A stretch of DNA of 55,298 bases, the filler included, from Sluysia triapertura (lineage: Eukaryota): NCBI GenBank assembly GCA_046118255.1. It is 4 parts of 4 records of this genome, joined end to end, with 100 filler letters (N's around TTAATTAATTAA, not from the genome) between each part and the next. Parts side by side here need not be neighbours in the genome. Positions count along the whole stretch, not along the records: positions 44,504 to 55,298 come from JBJNIA010193360.1; 3 more parts are not named here. One strand, written 5' to 3'. Position 1 is the first letter of the stretch; each line of letters opens with the position of its first letter. Below the pieces are notes generated by a model that ran no database searches, had not been told where the DNA came from, and saw only the letters and a program-made list of their open reading frames with translations. Positions 54,163-55,298 of this stretch are shown here, in pieces. The translations under genes were made by a program, and so were the position numbers.

Positions 54163-54698
54163 TTGCGCCTCCATTTCAACATATTTATTTTTGGCGTCAC
54201 CAACTTAATAAAAAATCATAAATAAAATAAACACCTTTTTAATTACAAAATGTATTTTTCTGTTTCTTATAAATTAAATATTATGAACAACAACAGTTGT
54301 AATTCTTTAGCAAAAATAAAGAAAAATTAAATTTTAATTCTTTATATCAAAAGTGCAATATTATGTCTGTTAATATATTTCACTTCTGTGAAATATTAAT
54401 ATTTTTTCAACACATCGCTGTTATTTCGTGATTGTGATAGCAGTCTGTTAACATTATTTTTAATTAACAGCTAAAAAATAGCAGAATACCAAACAGTATA
54501 ACATCTTTAGTGCACATATATAATTTCTTTATGAATTTGTAAGTATATTTGCTTTGAAATTTTATTCTTGATGATTGTTCTACATCTAAATTATGGAATT
54601 AGATGACGGAAAACAAAACGTTGTTGTAAAATCTAACAATTTTAAAAATTTTAGCTCCCTCATCCGAGAGTTTCACTCCCTAGTTTGCGCAGGTCCTA
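54163..54698 (+). mobile_element. Non-autonomous DNA element (hAT-like ends), copy B
   Basis: Colinear with 50667-51230 (for example cataaataaaataaacaccttttt...tatatcaaaagtgcaatattatgtctgttaata...gtaaaatctaacaattttaaaa). Confidence 0.7.
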
Positions 54699-55298
54699 TT
54701 TAATTCCAGCGAAAACACAAAATTTTCATAATTAAATGTCTGAATCAAAAAAATACATTGATTTGCAAAAATAAAATGAGGCTTTATTCTAAATTCTAAC
54801 TTACCAATATTACAACACGAGTATTCCTATTTGTTTACGATATTACACTTGCACAACTCCGATAAAACTAATCTACATACGGATCGCTGCAAGTATGTAA
54901 TAGATCACACAAACGTTTCAATGTTTATGTTAAATTACTATCGGGGCTACCATTAGAAACAGAATATACAGCCACTCTAAATAAAACATGTTAGAATGAT
55001 TCTGATATTGAATAAAAAATATATTCAATCTTCATTTTATTCAGCCAATACATACGGAGAATGTTAATAATATGTATACCGAAGTATTAAGATTATTTTA
55101 CAAAATTCAAACAGAACATGAGATGTATTCAGAATCGAGGCTATGGTAATACCTTAATATTCGATCATGAAACATTTAATTTAAATTCATTTAATAAATG
55201 TTGATGGTATTATCCAAATTTAATTTGAAATGTCTAAATATTTTTAGAGTAATATGAATTTTAATTTCTACATCCAATATTAAATACATTTTTGAAGA

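Noticed and set aside
1290-55298. Functional gene cluster linking ACOX, PGRP, Pax6 and B56
   Set aside because: Unrelated pathways, ordinary eukaryotic spacing and gap-dependent adjacency; nothing in the sequence indicates co-function.

Overview
This is very AT-rich eukaryotic genomic DNA with spliceosomal GT-AG introns, not prokaryotic. It comes from a draft scaffold with five N-gaps, three of which carry an artificial TTAATTAATTAA linker. The Pax6 protein resembles, from my recollection of the family, planarian (triclad flatworm) Pax6A. Four intron-containing genes can be reconstructed by eye: (1) the 5' half of an acyl-CoA oxidase-family gene (+, 1290-2266); (2) a secreted peptidoglycan-recognition protein/amidase, of which exons 1-2 are visible and the last exon is missing at a gap (+, 19830-25565); (3) a complete 5-coding-exon Pax6 gene (-, 40933-27151, about 677 aa); (4) the first four exons of a PP2A B56/B' regulatory subunit gene (+, from 47527, running off the window). 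The rest is intron or intergenic DNA full of decayed transposons: a hAT MITE with an 8-bp TSD, Tigger/pogo, two Tc1/mariner deletion derivatives, a DD39D-type mariner, gag-like fragments, a short TG...CA repeat carrying an internal tRNA-like module, and (AAT)n microsatellites. Most short ORFs in the supplied track are spurious. I see no clearly new multi-gene system. The best leads are the insect-PGRP-LB-like motif in the PGRP, the tRNA-bearing mini-LTR-like repeat, a possible mitochondrial presequence on the ACOX-like protein and the DD39D mariner.
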